Source: an uncultured Verrucomicrobiae bacterium (GTDB taxonomy: Bacteria; Verrucomicrobiota; Verrucomicrobiia; Chthoniobacterales; UBA10450). From it: a DNA stretch of 64,000 nt. The stretch covers positions 352,001 to 416,000 of the forward strand of contig CAWIBO010000002.1 of NCBI GenBank assembly GCA_963834385.1. The letters are read 5' to 3'. This document shows, one piece after another, positions 1 to 9,747 of this stretch. Position numbers and translations under genes: made by a program. The notes under the pieces are model-generated. The model searched no databases. It was not told where the DNA came from and was given only the letters and a program-made list of their open reading frames with translations. How positions within the stretch are numbered: position 1 is the first letter of the stretch; the number at the start of each line of letters is the position of its first letter.

Positions 1-4
1 GGAA

Positions 5-2776
5 ATGCGGGCGCTTTTCGGGCATGAGAAGGGGGCGATCGAGAACACCCTGGAGATCGCGGACCGCTGCCGGGTCGAGCTGGAGTTCGGCAAATCGAAG
101 TATCCCGATTACCCGGCGCCGGAAGGGAAGACCCGGGAAGCCTATTTGCGGGAGCTTTGCTACCGGGGGCTGCACGACCGCTTCGGGGAGCGGGCGACAA
201 GTGATCCGAAGCTGATCGAGCGGCTCGATTACGAGGTGGACGTGCTCGAGCGGACCGGTTTCGTGAGCTACTTCCTGATCGTCTGGGACTTCATCCATTT
301 CGCCAAGCAGCGCGGCATCCCGGTGGGGCCCGGGCGCGGCTCGGCCGCCGGTTCCATGGTGGCCTATGTCCTCGGCATCACCGACGTGGATCCGCTGCGG
401 TTCAACCTGCTGTTCGAGCGGTTCATGAACCCGGAACGCATTTCCCCGCCTGATATCGACGTGGATTTCTGCGAGTCGCGCCGCGGCGAGGTGCTCGAGT
501 ACGTCCGGCGCAAATACGGGGAGCGGCGGGTCTCGCAGATCATCACCTTCGGGAAACTGAAGGCGAAAAGCGTGGTCCGCGATGTCGGCCGGGTCATTGG
601 CCTGAGCTACGGCGAGGCTGACCGGCTGGCGCGAATGATTCCGAACGAACTGAACATCACGCTTTCCTCGGCGGCCGAGAAAGTGCCGGAGCTGAAGAAG
701 GCGATCGAGACCGAGCCGGCCACGAAACAGCTTTGGGATTACGCCACCGTCCTCGAAGGACTCTCGCGCAACGCCGGGGTGCACGCCGCGGGGGTGGTCA
801 TCGGCGACCGCGACCTTTCCGAGTACGTCCCGCTCTCTCGCGACACCCGCGGGACCGACGTGGTGAGCCAGTTCCCGATGAACCCGTTGAACGACCTCGG
901 GCTGCTCAAGATGGATTTCCTCGGGTTGAAAACCCTCACCGTGATCGAGGATGCGGTGACACTGATCCGGCGGGAGCACCCCGATTTCGCGATCAGCAAG
1001 ATCCCGTTCGACGACGCCAAGGCGTTCGAACTCTTCAACCGCGGCGAGACCATCGGCATTTTCCAGATGGAATCGGGCGGGATGACGAGCGTCTCCAAGC
1101 AGTTCGAGGTGAAACGGATCGAGGACATCATCGCCCTGATCGCGCTTTACCGGCCGGGACCGATGGAACTGATTCCCGATTTCATCAAGCGGAAGAAAGG
1201 GCTCGCAAAAATTCGCTACGAGCATCCGCTCCTGGAGGAGATTTGCGCCGAGACCTACGGCGTCATGATCTACCAGGAACAGGTCATGGCCGCGGCCAGC
1301 CGGCTGGCCGGTTACTCGCTCGGACAAGCCGACCTGCTCCGGCGCGCCATGGGCAAGAAAGACCGGGAAAAGATGGCGAAGGAACGCGAGCGCTTCATCG
1401 AGGGGTGCGCGCGGACGAACAGCATCGCGGAGAAGAAGGCGAACGCGATCTTTGACCTGCTGGAGAAATTTGCCGGGTATGGGTTCAACAAGAGCCACAG
1501 CGCGGCCTATGGCCTGATCAGCTACCAGACCGCCTACCTGAAGGCGAATTTTCCGGTCGAGTTCATGGCCGGCCTGCTCAGCAACGAGATCAATAACACC
1601 GACAAGATTGCCGTTTTCGTGGGGGAATGTAAGCGCATGGGCATCCCGATTTTGCCGCCTGACGTGAACGAGAGCGGCCTGAAGTTCACCCCGGCCCCGC
1701 ACGAGGGGGCGCGGGGCATCCGTTACGGCCTGGCTGCGATCAAGAATGTCGGCGAAGGCGCGATGGAGGCGGCCATTGCCGAGCGGGCGGCCCACGGGAG
1801 TTTTTCGTCGCTGGAGGATTTCTGCGGGCGGCTCGATTCACGCGTGGCCAACCGGAAGATGCTCGAGAGCCTGGTGAAATGCGGCGCCTTCGACTTTGTC
1901 GGACGCGAGCGCGCGGCGCTTTTTGCCTGCATCGACGAGGCGATGGCGGCGGCTTCCTCCGCCCATCGCGACCGCGCGGCGGGGCAGGCCTCGCTGTTCG
2001 GCGACGACCCGATCGTGCCGGCGCGGGCGTCGATCGCGGCCGATTTCGAGCCCTGGAGCGAGCGGGAGAAGATGACCTACGAAAAGGAGCTGCTCGGGTT
2101 TTATGTCACGGGGCATCCGCTGGATGCCTACGCGGGCGCGCTTGCAGCGGGGAAATACCAGAACATCGCCGAGATGGGCGAGCTGCCGGACCGGGCGGTC
2201 TTCCGGATCGCGGGAGCGCTGGCCCAGCTCGACAAAAAATTCACCAAGCGCGAAGGCAAACCCTTTGGGGTCGCCTTTGTCGAGGATCTCACCGGGACGC
2301 TCGAGATCGTCCTTTGGAACGAGGTCTACTCGAAGGTGGCCGACAAACTGACCGTGGGCGCGGTCTTCGCCATCCAGGGCACGGTGGACAAGCGCGACGA
2401 TTCGGTGCGCGCCACAGCGCAGAAGATCAAGCTTCTCACGCCCGACGCGGCGGGCGCTCGTCCGGCGCCCACGGCCGGGAAGGGGAATGGCCACGGCGGC
2501 GCCATCACCCTGCGCTTTGGACCGTCGGCGACGCGCGCGGATCTTTGCACGGTGCGGGAACTTCTTGCCGGCTCGCCGGGTTCCTGTCCGGTGACGCTCC
2601 TGATTGATCGCGGCCGGGGCACGCCGGTGGTGCTCGATGCCGGGGCCGAGGTCCGGGTGGCGCTGACGGAGGAATTGCGCCTAAAGCTGGCGCCTTGGCT
2701 GGAGCGGACCGCTCAGGGTGTGGCCGCAGGCTCGGGAGCCTCGGGTTCGGCTTCGTCGGGAAGCGGCGGGGCGTAG
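5..2776 (+). CDS. dnaE: DNA polymerase III alpha subunit (5' end lies upstream of the window)
   Basis: Motifs GPGRGSAAGS, PDIDVDF, HAAGVVI, GLLKMDFLGL, FAGYGFNKSH, EKELLGFYVTGHPL; C-terminal OB fold. PHP domain mostly outside the window. Confidence 0.98.
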   Translation: MRALFGHEKGAIENTLEIADRCRVELEFGKSKYPDYPAPEGKTREAYLRELCYRGLHDRFGERATSDPKLIERLDYEVDVLERTGFVSYFLIVWDFIHFAKQRGIPVGPGRGSAAGSMVAYVLGITDVDPLRFNLLFERFMNPERISPPDIDVDFCESRRGEVLEYVRRKYGERRVSQIITFGKLKAKSVVRDVGRVIGLSYGEADRLARMIPNELNITLSSAAEKVPELKKAIETEPATKQLWDYATVLEGLSRNAGVHAAGVVIGDRDLSEYVPLSRDTRGTDVVSQFPMNPLNDLGLLKMDFLGLKTLTVIEDAVTLIRREHPDFAISKIPFDDAKAFELFNRGETIGIFQMESGGMTSVSKQFEVKRIEDIIALIALYRPGPMELIPDFIKRKKGLAKIRYEHPLLEEICAETYGVMIYQEQVMAAASRLAGYSLGQADLLRRAMGKKDREKMAKERERFIEGCARTNSIAEKKANAIFDLLEKFAGYGFNKSHSAAYGLISYQTAYLKANFPVEFMAGLLSNEINNTDKIAVFVGECKRMGIPILPPDVNESGLKFTPAPHEGARGIRYGLAAIKNVGEGAMEAAIAERAAHGSFSSLEDFCGRLDSRVANRKMLESLVKCGAFDFVGRERAALFACIDEAMAAASSAHRDRAAGQASLFGDDPIVPARASIAADFEPWSEREKMTYEKELLGFYVTGHPLDAYAGALAAGKYQNIAEMGELPDRAVFRIAGALAQLDKKFTKREGKPFGVAFVEDLTGTLEIVLWNEVYSKVADKLTVGAVFAIQGTVDKRDDSVRATAQKIKLLTPDAAGARPAPTAGKGNGHGGAITLRFGPSATRADLCTVRELLAGSPGSCPVTLLIDRGRGTPVVLDAGAEVRVALTEELRLKLAPWLERTAQGVAAGSGASGSASSGSGGA

Positions 2777-4851
2777 AGGCGGGCGGTGGTTCCCTCCTGA
2801 AACCAGCAAATCCGCACGGTGCTCGGAGTGACTGTGGCGCTCCCGCTGCCCTGCGGCACCAGCGTGGCGGTCCAGTCATCGGCGAACCAGGTCCCGCTCA
2901 GGCTGATTTTTTCCAGGGCGCCCGGCGCCGGTCCGCCCGCGAGCGGCGCGGCCGGGGTGAGGTCGAGCGCGGCGAGGCAGTCTTCGGTCTGCAATCCGGC
3001 GGCGGGCAGCGGGGCGAGGGGCACGAATTCGGCCAGGGCGCGATTGTTCTCCTCGAACCGGACCGTGCCTCGCGCCGGCAGGGCGGCGTCGTCATCGCGA
3101 AGCTCGAGGCGTTCGATCGTCATTTCGCGACCGGCCATGGCGGCCTGGGCGGTGAGCGTGTGGCGGTCGCTTTTTAGTTCGATCCGACGCAACTCGAGCC
3201 GGGCGGGGTCGTAAACGGCATCGACCTCGGCCGCGAGGGGAGGAAGTCCGGGAAGGGAGGCGGCGGCCAGGCCGGCGCCGGAGAGACGGAAATCACCCTT
3301 GTGCTCGCCGGCAGTGCCGTTGCCGTGCCAGGTGAAGCGAAGGGAACCTTTCGGCGCGCCCACGGGCCAATCGGGCGGGAACGCGCCCGCATAGGGCGTG
3401 AGCGATTCGATCTGGCCGGAAAGTTCGGCGGTGTAGCGCTGGCGCGGCGCGGCGAAGTCGATGCGGCCGCGCGCGTCCACGGAGTCGCGCAGGTTGCGGG
3501 CTTCGAGCGCGGTCAGGGTGAGTTCGGCGCCGTCGATGCTGAGGCGGGCGCGCAGGCTGGCCACGGGCGCGCCGAAAAGCTTGAGCGATTCTCCGCGGAT
3601 GCTGATGGTGCCGGCCATGTCGCGGAGCTGCTCGCGCATGGAACCCTCGATGCGCAGGGTGCCGGCAAAGTTTTTGGCCGGGAGACCGACCAGCTCGGCG
3701 AATTCGCCGAGGTCATTGACCGTGGCCGAGATGTCGCTGCGAAAACTCGGCTGGAGCCACATGGAGAGGTCGGTGGGCAGGGCGTATTCGCCGCTGAGGG
3801 TGAGTTCGTTGCTGCGTTGCTTGAGATAAAGCTGGGCCACGTGGATCTCGCGGTTGTAGAGCGAGGCGCCGAGCATGAGCACCTCGGCCCGCCGGGCCCG
3901 CCAGCTCAGGGCGTTCACCTCCATCCAAATGGAGCCGGTGGCGTTGGCCAGATCCCTGACGTCGCCGCGAAAGGTGAACTTGGAGGCACGCAACGTTCCG
4001 GCGGCCGGCTCGCGCAGGCCGATGGTCTTGAGCAGTTCGGCGAAGGAGACGTTCGCGGCCGATCCGGCAATGTCCCAGGTCACCTTTTCCTCCGGTTGCT
4101 GGCGGGAAACGCTGGCGCGCACTTCGCCGCCAAAAGCGTCGAGGTGAATTTCGAACCGGACCCGGCTTTGCCCAAGCTGCGAAAGATCGCCGCTGATGGT
4201 TTCGAGCTGCAGATCGCGGCCGAGACGCAGGGCCGCCAGGGTCAGGCGCTGGTTTTCCCAGGAAGCGGGACCCGAGATGCCGGTGAACCGCTGTTTGAAC
4301 AGGGGCGAGGTGATCGCCACGGTGCCGGCGCTGAAATGGCCCGCATCGTACTGGCTGGCCGTGAGATTGACCCCTTCCAGGAGCACCTCGGTGGAGTCGT
4401 CCACCACCCGCAGACGAAGATCCTGCAGGGTGAACCCGGCCGGGAGCAGGCTGTGAATCATCTCCCAGTCGAACTGGCAGCGTTCGCCCACCCCGGCGCG
4501 CCGCCGAATTTCGCCGCCCGGCTTGAGCAGGGTCAGATATTGCAGCGGCTGCTCGCCCCGTTTGCGAAAGAAGGCGAGCCAATCGAGCGAGAACTGCGCG
4601 CGCTCGATTGTGAAATCGACCTCGTAGGTGCAGGCCTGTTCGCTGCGGATGCGGATGTTCTCGATCTCGACCGGTCGAAAATAGGGGGCGCTGATGCGGC
4701 CCAATTGAATGCGCAGGCCCTGGTGGCGCGACTGGTAGCCGGCATAAAGCCGCAGGCCGGCGCCGATGAGGTAGGGCGAGAGCGCGAAGAGAACTCCGGC
4801 CAGGAGGGCGAGGAAGAGCAGAAAGAGGAGAAGACGTCGGCCAAGGCGCAT
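2713..4851 (-). CDS. AsmA/TamB-like beta-taco envelope protein (hypothetical)
   Basis: N-terminal TM anchor followed by long alternating beta-strand pattern; GGAG RBS upstream of ATG 4851. Confidence 0.6.
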   Translation of the reverse strand: MRLGRRLLLFLLFLALLAGVLFALSPYLIGAGLRLYAGYQSRHQGLRIQLGRISAPYFRPVEIENIRIRSEQACTYEVDFTIERAQFSLDWLAFFRKRGEQPLQYLTLLKPGGEIRRRAGVGERCQFDWEMIHSLLPAGFTLQDLRLRVVDDSTEVLLEGVNLTASQYDAGHFSAGTVAITSPLFKQRFTGISGPASWENQRLTLAALRLGRDLQLETISGDLSQLGQSRVRFEIHLDAFGGEVRASVSRQQPEEKVTWDIAGSAANVSFAELLKTIGLREPAAGTLRASKFTFRGDVRDLANATGSIWMEVNALSWRARRAEVLMLGASLYNREIHVAQLYLKQRSNELTLSGEYALPTDLSMWLQPSFRSDISATVNDLGEFAELVGLPAKNFAGTLRIEGSMREQLRDMAGTISIRGESLKLFGAPVASLRARLSIDGAELTLTALEARNLRDSVDARGRIDFAAPRQRYTAELSGQIESLTPYAGAFPPDWPVGAPKGSLRFTWHGNGTAGEHKGDFRLSGAGLAAASLPGLPPLAAEVDAVYDPARLELRRIELKSDRHTLTAQAAMAGREMTIERLELRDDDAALPARGTVRFEENNRALAEFVPLAPLPAAGLQTEDCLAALDLTPAAPLAGGPAPGALEKISLSGTWFADDWTATLVPQGSGSATVTPSTVRICWFQEGTTARLYAPPLPDEAEPEAPEPAATP

Positions 4852-4903
4852 CGCGGCTCCTTTTAGCCTCAATTGCCGGGGTCGGGAAGCGACAAAAGCG
4901 GCC

Positions 4904-5584
4904 TTACCCAGCCGGCGGTCGCGCGCCGAAGAGGACGCGCATGGGGCGCGCCGGCTGCAATTTCTCCTCCAACTGCTTTTGCAACGCGGCCTCCGCCTCG
5001 CGGGGCAGGCCCGCCGCCTCGGCTTTTTCGCGGGCCAGCTGACCGAGCGCGGTGATTTCTTTTTCCAAATCCGCCGCGGAGATCCGGTTCCAAAAACCGC
5101 TTTCGAACTCGAGCACCTCGAGCGCTTCCTGGTCGAGCCCGAGAATCCGCGCCGGCGGCACCTGCACCCGGATGGCCTCTTCCTCCACCGTCACGGAGAA
5201 GTTTTCGCGCAGATCAAAACCGGCCTTGACCTTGAAGCGGCCGCGCAGGCGCAGGCGCTTGGTGCTCCCCGCCCAGGTATGGGTGAAGTCATGCTCGATC
5301 TCGGTGGCGCGCGACGCCGTGATGAGCTCGGCCGCGGCGGTGGTTTGCTCGAAGACCACGCGGTCGTGCACGGTGATGCGCGGTTGCAGCCGGGTGACCT
5401 GAACAAAGCCGTCGCGCAGGTCGCGCCCGAGACGTTCCAGTTCGGCGGTGGTGCGGGCGGCCGTGCGCGCGGGCCAGCTTTCCAGGCGCAGGAAGATGGC
5501 GAAGACTACCGCCCCGATGATCAGGGCGATGAGGACAAGCGCCAGGGGCCAGACGGAGCGGCGCGGCGGATCCGGTAAGCTCAT
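4904..5584 (-). CDS. DUF4230 domain membrane-anchored protein
   Basis: N-terminal TM; KVKAGFDL and VQVPPARIL motifs typical of DUF4230. Confidence 0.75.
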   Translation of the reverse strand: MSLPDPPRRSVWPLALVLIALIIGAVVFAIFLRLESWPARTAARTTAELERLGRDLRDGFVQVTRLQPRITVHDRVVFEQTTAAAELITASRATEIEHDFTHTWAGSTKRLRLRGRFKVKAGFDLRENFSVTVEEEAIRVQVPPARILGLDQEALEVLEFESGFWNRISAADLEKEITALGQLAREKAEAAGLPREAEAALQKQLEEKLQPARPMRVLFGARPPAG

Positions 5585-5782
5585 GGGGACCAGTCGGCCA
5601 CTTTGGCCGGGGATGCAGCCGGAAAGTACCGCCCCCCGCGCCCGTGAGGACGCGAAGGGCGGCTGTTCCCCCCAGAACAATCTGGAAAACAGCGTGTCGA
5701 ATACCCGAGGAGAACAGCGGTAGCAACAAAAATCATTCGGCCTGATTTGTTTCAGGGCCCCCCCTGTCGCAGTTTGGCGGCG

Positions 5783-5810
5783 GCGCGGGGCCGGTTCCGC
5801 GCTTTTTTTT
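5783..5810 (+). terminator. Intrinsic terminator-like hairpin plus T8 immediately upstream of recF
   Basis: GCGCGGGG-CCGG-TTCCGCGC followed by TTTTTTTT. Confidence 0.5.
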
Positions 5811-5812
5811 GC

Positions 5813-6871
5813 ATGATCAGCCAGCTCAATCTTCGCCAATTCCGCTGCTTTGAGAGCCTCGCGGTCGAGTTTGCGCCCGGCTTCAACTTCTTTGTCGGCG
5901 CCAACGGGCAGGGGAAGACTTCAATCCTGGAGGCCGCCTGTGTGCTCCTGCGGCTGCAGTCGCAACGAAGCGCTTCCCTGGCCCCGCTAGTCCGCAAAGA
6001 GGCCCCTTTTTTCGCCCTGGCCGGTTGCGCGGACGGCCACGCGGTCGAATTCCGTTACCGGCCGCTGCGCCGGCGGCTCCTGCTCGATGGCGTGGAACAG
6101 CGAGGCACGGCTGATTACCTGGAGCTGGCGCGGGTGGTTTCCTTTGCCAACAGCGACATCGACCTGGTGCGCGGCGGTTCGGAAGGGCGCCGGCGTTATC
6201 TCGATTTTCTCGGCAGCCAGCTGGAAGCGCGTTATCGCCCGATCCTGCGGCGTTATGAACGGGCCTTGCGCTCGCGCAACGCGCTCCTCCGCCAATCCGC
6301 GCCGCGCCCGCGCGAGCTGGCCGCGTATGACGGGCCGCTGGTGGAGGCGGGCAGCGAGTTGCTGACGCTGCGCGCCGGCCTGGTGGCCCGGCTGGCGCCG
6401 TTGGCCGCGGCCGCGCATGGCGAAATTGCGGGCGCGCCGGAGCGGTTCGCCCTCCGCTACCTGCCGGGGAGCGGCCCTGATTTTGCCGGTGAACTTGAAC
6501 AATCGCGCGGCGAGGAAACGCGGCTGCGACAAACGCAGGTCGGTCCCCACCGCGACGACCTCGAGCTGCTCGTCGATGAAATGGCGGCCCCGCAGTTTGC
6601 CTCCGAGGGCCAGCAAAGAACCGTGGCGCTGGCCCTGAAGATCGCCCAGGCCCGCGTCTTTGAGGAAACGAACCGGACCCCCCTGCTCCTGCTCGATGAC
6701 ATTTTCGGCGAACTCGATCGCGCCCGGCGGAATCGTCTTCTCACCGCCCTGCCCGACCGCGCGCAAAAACTGGTCACGGCCACCGCGATGGACTGGCTGG
6801 AAAATCTGCCGGAAGGCCCGGTCTGGGAATTGTCCGGGCGGATGCTGCGGCCGGCCGGCGCGGGGGATTGA
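5813..6871 (+). CDS. recF: DNA replication/repair protein RecF
   Basis: Walker A GANGQGKTS; GPHRDDL; ASEGQQR; LLLLDDIFGELD. Confidence 0.96.
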   Translation: MISQLNLRQFRCFESLAVEFAPGFNFFVGANGQGKTSILEAACVLLRLQSQRSASLAPLVRKEAPFFALAGCADGHAVEFRYRPLRRRLLLDGVEQRGTADYLELARVVSFANSDIDLVRGGSEGRRRYLDFLGSQLEARYRPILRRYERALRSRNALLRQSAPRPRELAAYDGPLVEAGSELLTLRAGLVARLAPLAAAAHGEIAGAPERFALRYLPGSGPDFAGELEQSRGEETRLRQTQVGPHRDDLELLVDEMAAPQFASEGQQRTVALALKIAQARVFEETNRTPLLLLDDIFGELDRARRNRLLTALPDRAQKLVTATAMDWLENLPEGPVWELSGRMLRPAGAGD

Positions 6872-6917
6872 GGAATCCTGCTGGCTGGCGGCCCGCGTAT
6901 TATACTAGGATAACACT

Positions 6918-7467
6918 ATGCGAGGACGCCAAAAGAACCTGACCGGATCGCTCCTGGTGGCGCATCCGGATCTGCGCGACCCGAATTTTCGGCGCAGCGT
7001 TCTTTTGATCTCGGCGCATGACCCGGATGATGGGGCGCTCGGGGTCATTCTGAACCGGCCCTTGGACCGCCAGGTTTCGGAGCTGGTGAGCGAGCCGGCG
7101 CCGGACGCGCTGAACGAAGTGCCGGTGTTCCTGGGCGGGCCGGTCGCGCGTGACCAGTTGATTTTCGCCTCCCTGGAATGGGAAGGGGCAACGCGCCTGA
7201 AACTGAATCATAACCTGAACCTGGACGAGGCCGAGGATCGCGCGGAAGAGGATGCGCTTTCGATCTGCGCCTTTGTCGGCTACGCGGGCTGGAGCGCGGG
7301 GCAGCTCGAGGCGGAGATGCGCCAGAATTCGTGGGTGGTCCGCAAGCCGACGCGCTCGGTCCTCTCGCGCGAGGGCCTGCCGACGCTTTGGTTCGAAATC
7401 ATGCGGAGCCTGGGACCGTGGTACAAGATGCTGGCGGCGGCGCCGGACGATCCTTCCTCTGAACTAG
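6918..7467 (+). CDS. YqgE/AlgH (UPF0301) family protein; probable 1-nt indel near 7455
   Basis: LLVAHP, DPNFRRSV, GGPV, GYAGWSAGQLE. The canonical PDDPSLN-stop ending appears in a shifted frame ending at 7467; the unshifted frame runs to 7520. Confidence 0.88.
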
Positions 7468-7516
7468 GTCCGCGATTTCGCTTGTCAGCGGTCGGGACTG
7501 TTCTATCTCTCTCTGC

Positions 7517-8614
7517 GTGATTATCGGTGTTCCCAGTGAGATCAAGGAGCAGGAACATCGGGTCGGTCTTGTTCCCGCCTCGGCTTTTCTCCTGACCCGC
7601 CGCGGCCACACCGTCCTGGTGCAAAAAGGGGCTGGCAGCGGCTCCGGATACACCGACGAGGAATATGTGCGCTGCGGGGCGCGCATCGTGGAGAAGGCGA
7701 CCGATGTCTTTGGCGAGGCCGAGATGGTGGTGAAGGTCAAGGAACCGCTCCCGGCCGAGTACGGCCTGCTCCGCCAGGGCCAGATTCTTTTCACCTACCT
7801 GCATCTCGCGGCGAGCAAACCGCTGACCGAGGCGCTTTTGAAGTCGGGGGTCACGGCCGTGGCCTACGAAACGATCCAGGTGAACAACCGGCTGCCGTTG
7901 CTGGAGCCGATGAGCGAGATCGCGGGCCGCATGTCGGTGACCATGGGAGCGTTCTATCTCGCGAAGTTCAACGGGGGCAACGGCGTCCTTCTGGGGGGCG
8001 TCCCCGGGGTCATGCCGGGGAAAGTGGTGGTGATCGGCGGCGGCACCTCGGGCGTGCACGCGGCCCGCATGGCCGTGGGGCTGGGCGCGGATGTCACCAT
8101 TCTCGAGGTGGACCTCGACCGGATGCGTTTTCTCGATATGACGATGCCGCAGGCGAACACTCTTTATTCGAGCGAAGCGAACCTGCTCGACCTGGTCTCC
8201 ACGGTGGACCTGCTCATTGGCGCGGTTCTGGTGCCGGGAGCGAAGGCGCCGAAGCTGGTGACGCGGGAGATGCTGCGGCAGATGAAGCCGAACAGCGTGC
8301 TGGTGGACATTGCGATTGACCAGGGGGGTTGCGCCGAGACTTCGCGGCCGACCACCCACCGCGAGCCGACCTTCGTGGAAGAGGGTGTGATTCACTATTG
8401 CGTGGCGAACATGCCGGGGGCCTACGCCCGCACGGCGACGCAGGCCCTGACCAATGCCACCCATCGCTACGTGGAACTGCTGGCCGAGCACGGGCTGAAA
8501 AAGGCCTGCGAGATGCAGCCGGCCCTGACCGGGGGGATCAACACCCGGGAGGGCCGCCTGACGATTGACGCCGTGGCCGAGGCCCACGGGCTGAAATTCG
8601 AGCCCGCCTTCTAA
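7517..8614 (+). CDS. ald: Alanine dehydrogenase
   Basis: [48 protein letters not shown]. Confidence 0.97.
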   Translation: MIIGVPSEIKEQEHRVGLVPASAFLLTRRGHTVLVQKGAGSGSGYTDEEYVRCGARIVEKATDVFGEAEMVVKVKEPLPAEYGLLRQGQILFTYLHLAASKPLTEALLKSGVTAVAYETIQVNNRLPLLEPMSEIAGRMSVTMGAFYLAKFNGGNGVLLGGVPGVMPGKVVVIGGGTSGVHAARMAVGLGADVTILEVDLDRMRFLDMTMPQANTLYSSEANLLDLVSTVDLLIGAVLVPGAKAPKLVTREMLRQMKPNSVLVDIAIDQGGCAETSRPTTHREPTFVEEGVIHYCVANMPGAYARTATQALTNATHRYVELLAEHGLKKACEMQPALTGGINTREGRLTIDAVAEAHGLKFEPAF

Positions 8615-8706
8615 AGGGGGGCCAGCCCGGGCCAAAGAAGAAGTCCAAATTCTTCACTTGCTGCGATTCAGCCAATAGCCCAATGTGGGCAACTCAACCA
8701 TTACCT

Positions 8707-8986
8707 ATGAAGAAATATATCTGTATTCTCGCCAGTGCCGCGCTTTTAGCCGCGTGCGAACAAAAAACCGACGTCAGCGCTCCCGCGGGTGACGCGGTCT
8801 CGCCGACTCCGGCGGACACGGCGGTCGACACCACGACCACCACCACCGACCATGACCCCGGCGGCCACGATGACCCCGGCCATGGACACCGCCCCGGCCA
8901 TGACGCCCGCGATGGACACCGCTCCGGCGATGACGCCCGCGATGGACGCGAGCCCGGCCGACGCGACCACCGCGCCGACTCCGTAA
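8707..8986 (+). CDS. Small lipoprotein with Met/Thr/Pro/Ala repeats; probable frameshift near 8850
   Basis: MKKYICILASAALLAAC lipobox; continues in a shifted frame as (MTPAMDTAPA)n to TAA at 8986. Confidence 0.65.
8870..8959 (+). repeat. 3 x 30-bp coding tandem repeat
   Basis: ATGAC(C/G)CC(G/C)GC(C/G)ATGGAC... units starting at 8870, 8900 and 8930. Confidence 0.85.
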
Positions 8987-9004
8987 GGAAAACTTCAACG
9001 CAAC

Positions 9005-9047
9005 GCAAAATCTTCCGCCGGGTTCATTCCCGGGGGAAGATTTTTGC
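9005..9047. terminator. Long hairpin, probable terminator
   Basis: GCAAAATCTTCC-GCCGGG ... CCCGGG-GGAAGATTTTTGC inverted repeat after the lipoprotein gene. Confidence 0.55.
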
Positions 9048-9070
9048 TGTACGCGCGTCGTGAAAATCCG

Positions 9071-9454
9071 ATGACGGTCAAGGGCGAAAACCGGCCCGCG
9101 CCGGGCGGGACGCTGCCCCGGTCCCGGCGTTTGATCCGCACGGCGGATTTCGCGCGGGTCCGGCTGGAAGGCCGGACCGAGCGTGGTCGGCTGATGATGC
9201 TGGGCTGTCGCCCGGCCGAGGGCGAGGAACGGTTTCGGGCCGGGTTCGTCACCAGCAAACGGGTCGGCGGGGCGGTGGCGCGCAACCGCGTCCGGCGCCG
9301 GTTGCGCGAGATCGTGCGGCGGCACCAGGACCGGCTGCGGGCGGGGCTTTGGATCGTGACCATCGCCCGAAGCGAGGCGGCGGAAGCGACCTACGCCGCG
9401 CTGGAAGATGAGTGGTTGCGCCTCGCAGGGCGCGCTTCTATTCTAGCGCCCTGA
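9071..9454 (+). CDS. rnpA: Ribonuclease P protein component
   Basis: RAGFVTSKRVGGAVARNRVRRRLRE (RNR motif). Confidence 0.95.
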   Translation: MTVKGENRPAPGGTLPRSRRLIRTADFARVRLEGRTERGRLMMLGCRPAEGEERFRAGFVTSKRVGGAVARNRVRRRLREIVRRHQDRLRAGLWIVTIARSEAAEATYAALEDEWLRLAGRASILAP

Positions 9455-9732
9455 TGCGCCAGCTCATCAAAATTGCGATCCGTGCCTACCAATGGACACT
9501 CTCGCCCGTGCTCACTTTTCTGGCCGGTCCCGGCGGCGGTTGCCGTTTTGAACCGACCTGTTCCGCCTATTGTCTGGAGGCGGTCGAGGTCTGGGGAGCT
9601 GCCCGCGGCAGCTGGCTTGGGCTGAAACGACTTGGGCGCTGCCAGCCCTGGGGCGGCCAGGGATATGATCCGGTGCCACGGCCATCCGGGCCGGCAGCCG
9701 ACGTCGGCTGCGATCATCTCGCCTGCCGGTAA
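9454..9732 (+). CDS. yidD: Membrane protein insertion efficiency factor YidD
   Basis: YQWTLSP, CRFEPTCSAY, RCQPWGGQGYDPVP. Confidence 0.95.
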   Translation: MRQLIKIAIRAYQWTLSPVLTFLAGPGGGCRFEPTCSAYCLEAVEVWGAARGSWLGLKRLGRCQPWGGQGYDPVPRPSGPAADVGCDHLACR

Positions 9733-9747
9733 CCCGCTCTTTACCCC

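Noticed and set aside
5640..5740. oriC/DnaA boxes upstream of recF
   Set aside because: Only poor matches to TTATCCACA (two or more mismatches) and no AT-rich unwinding element.
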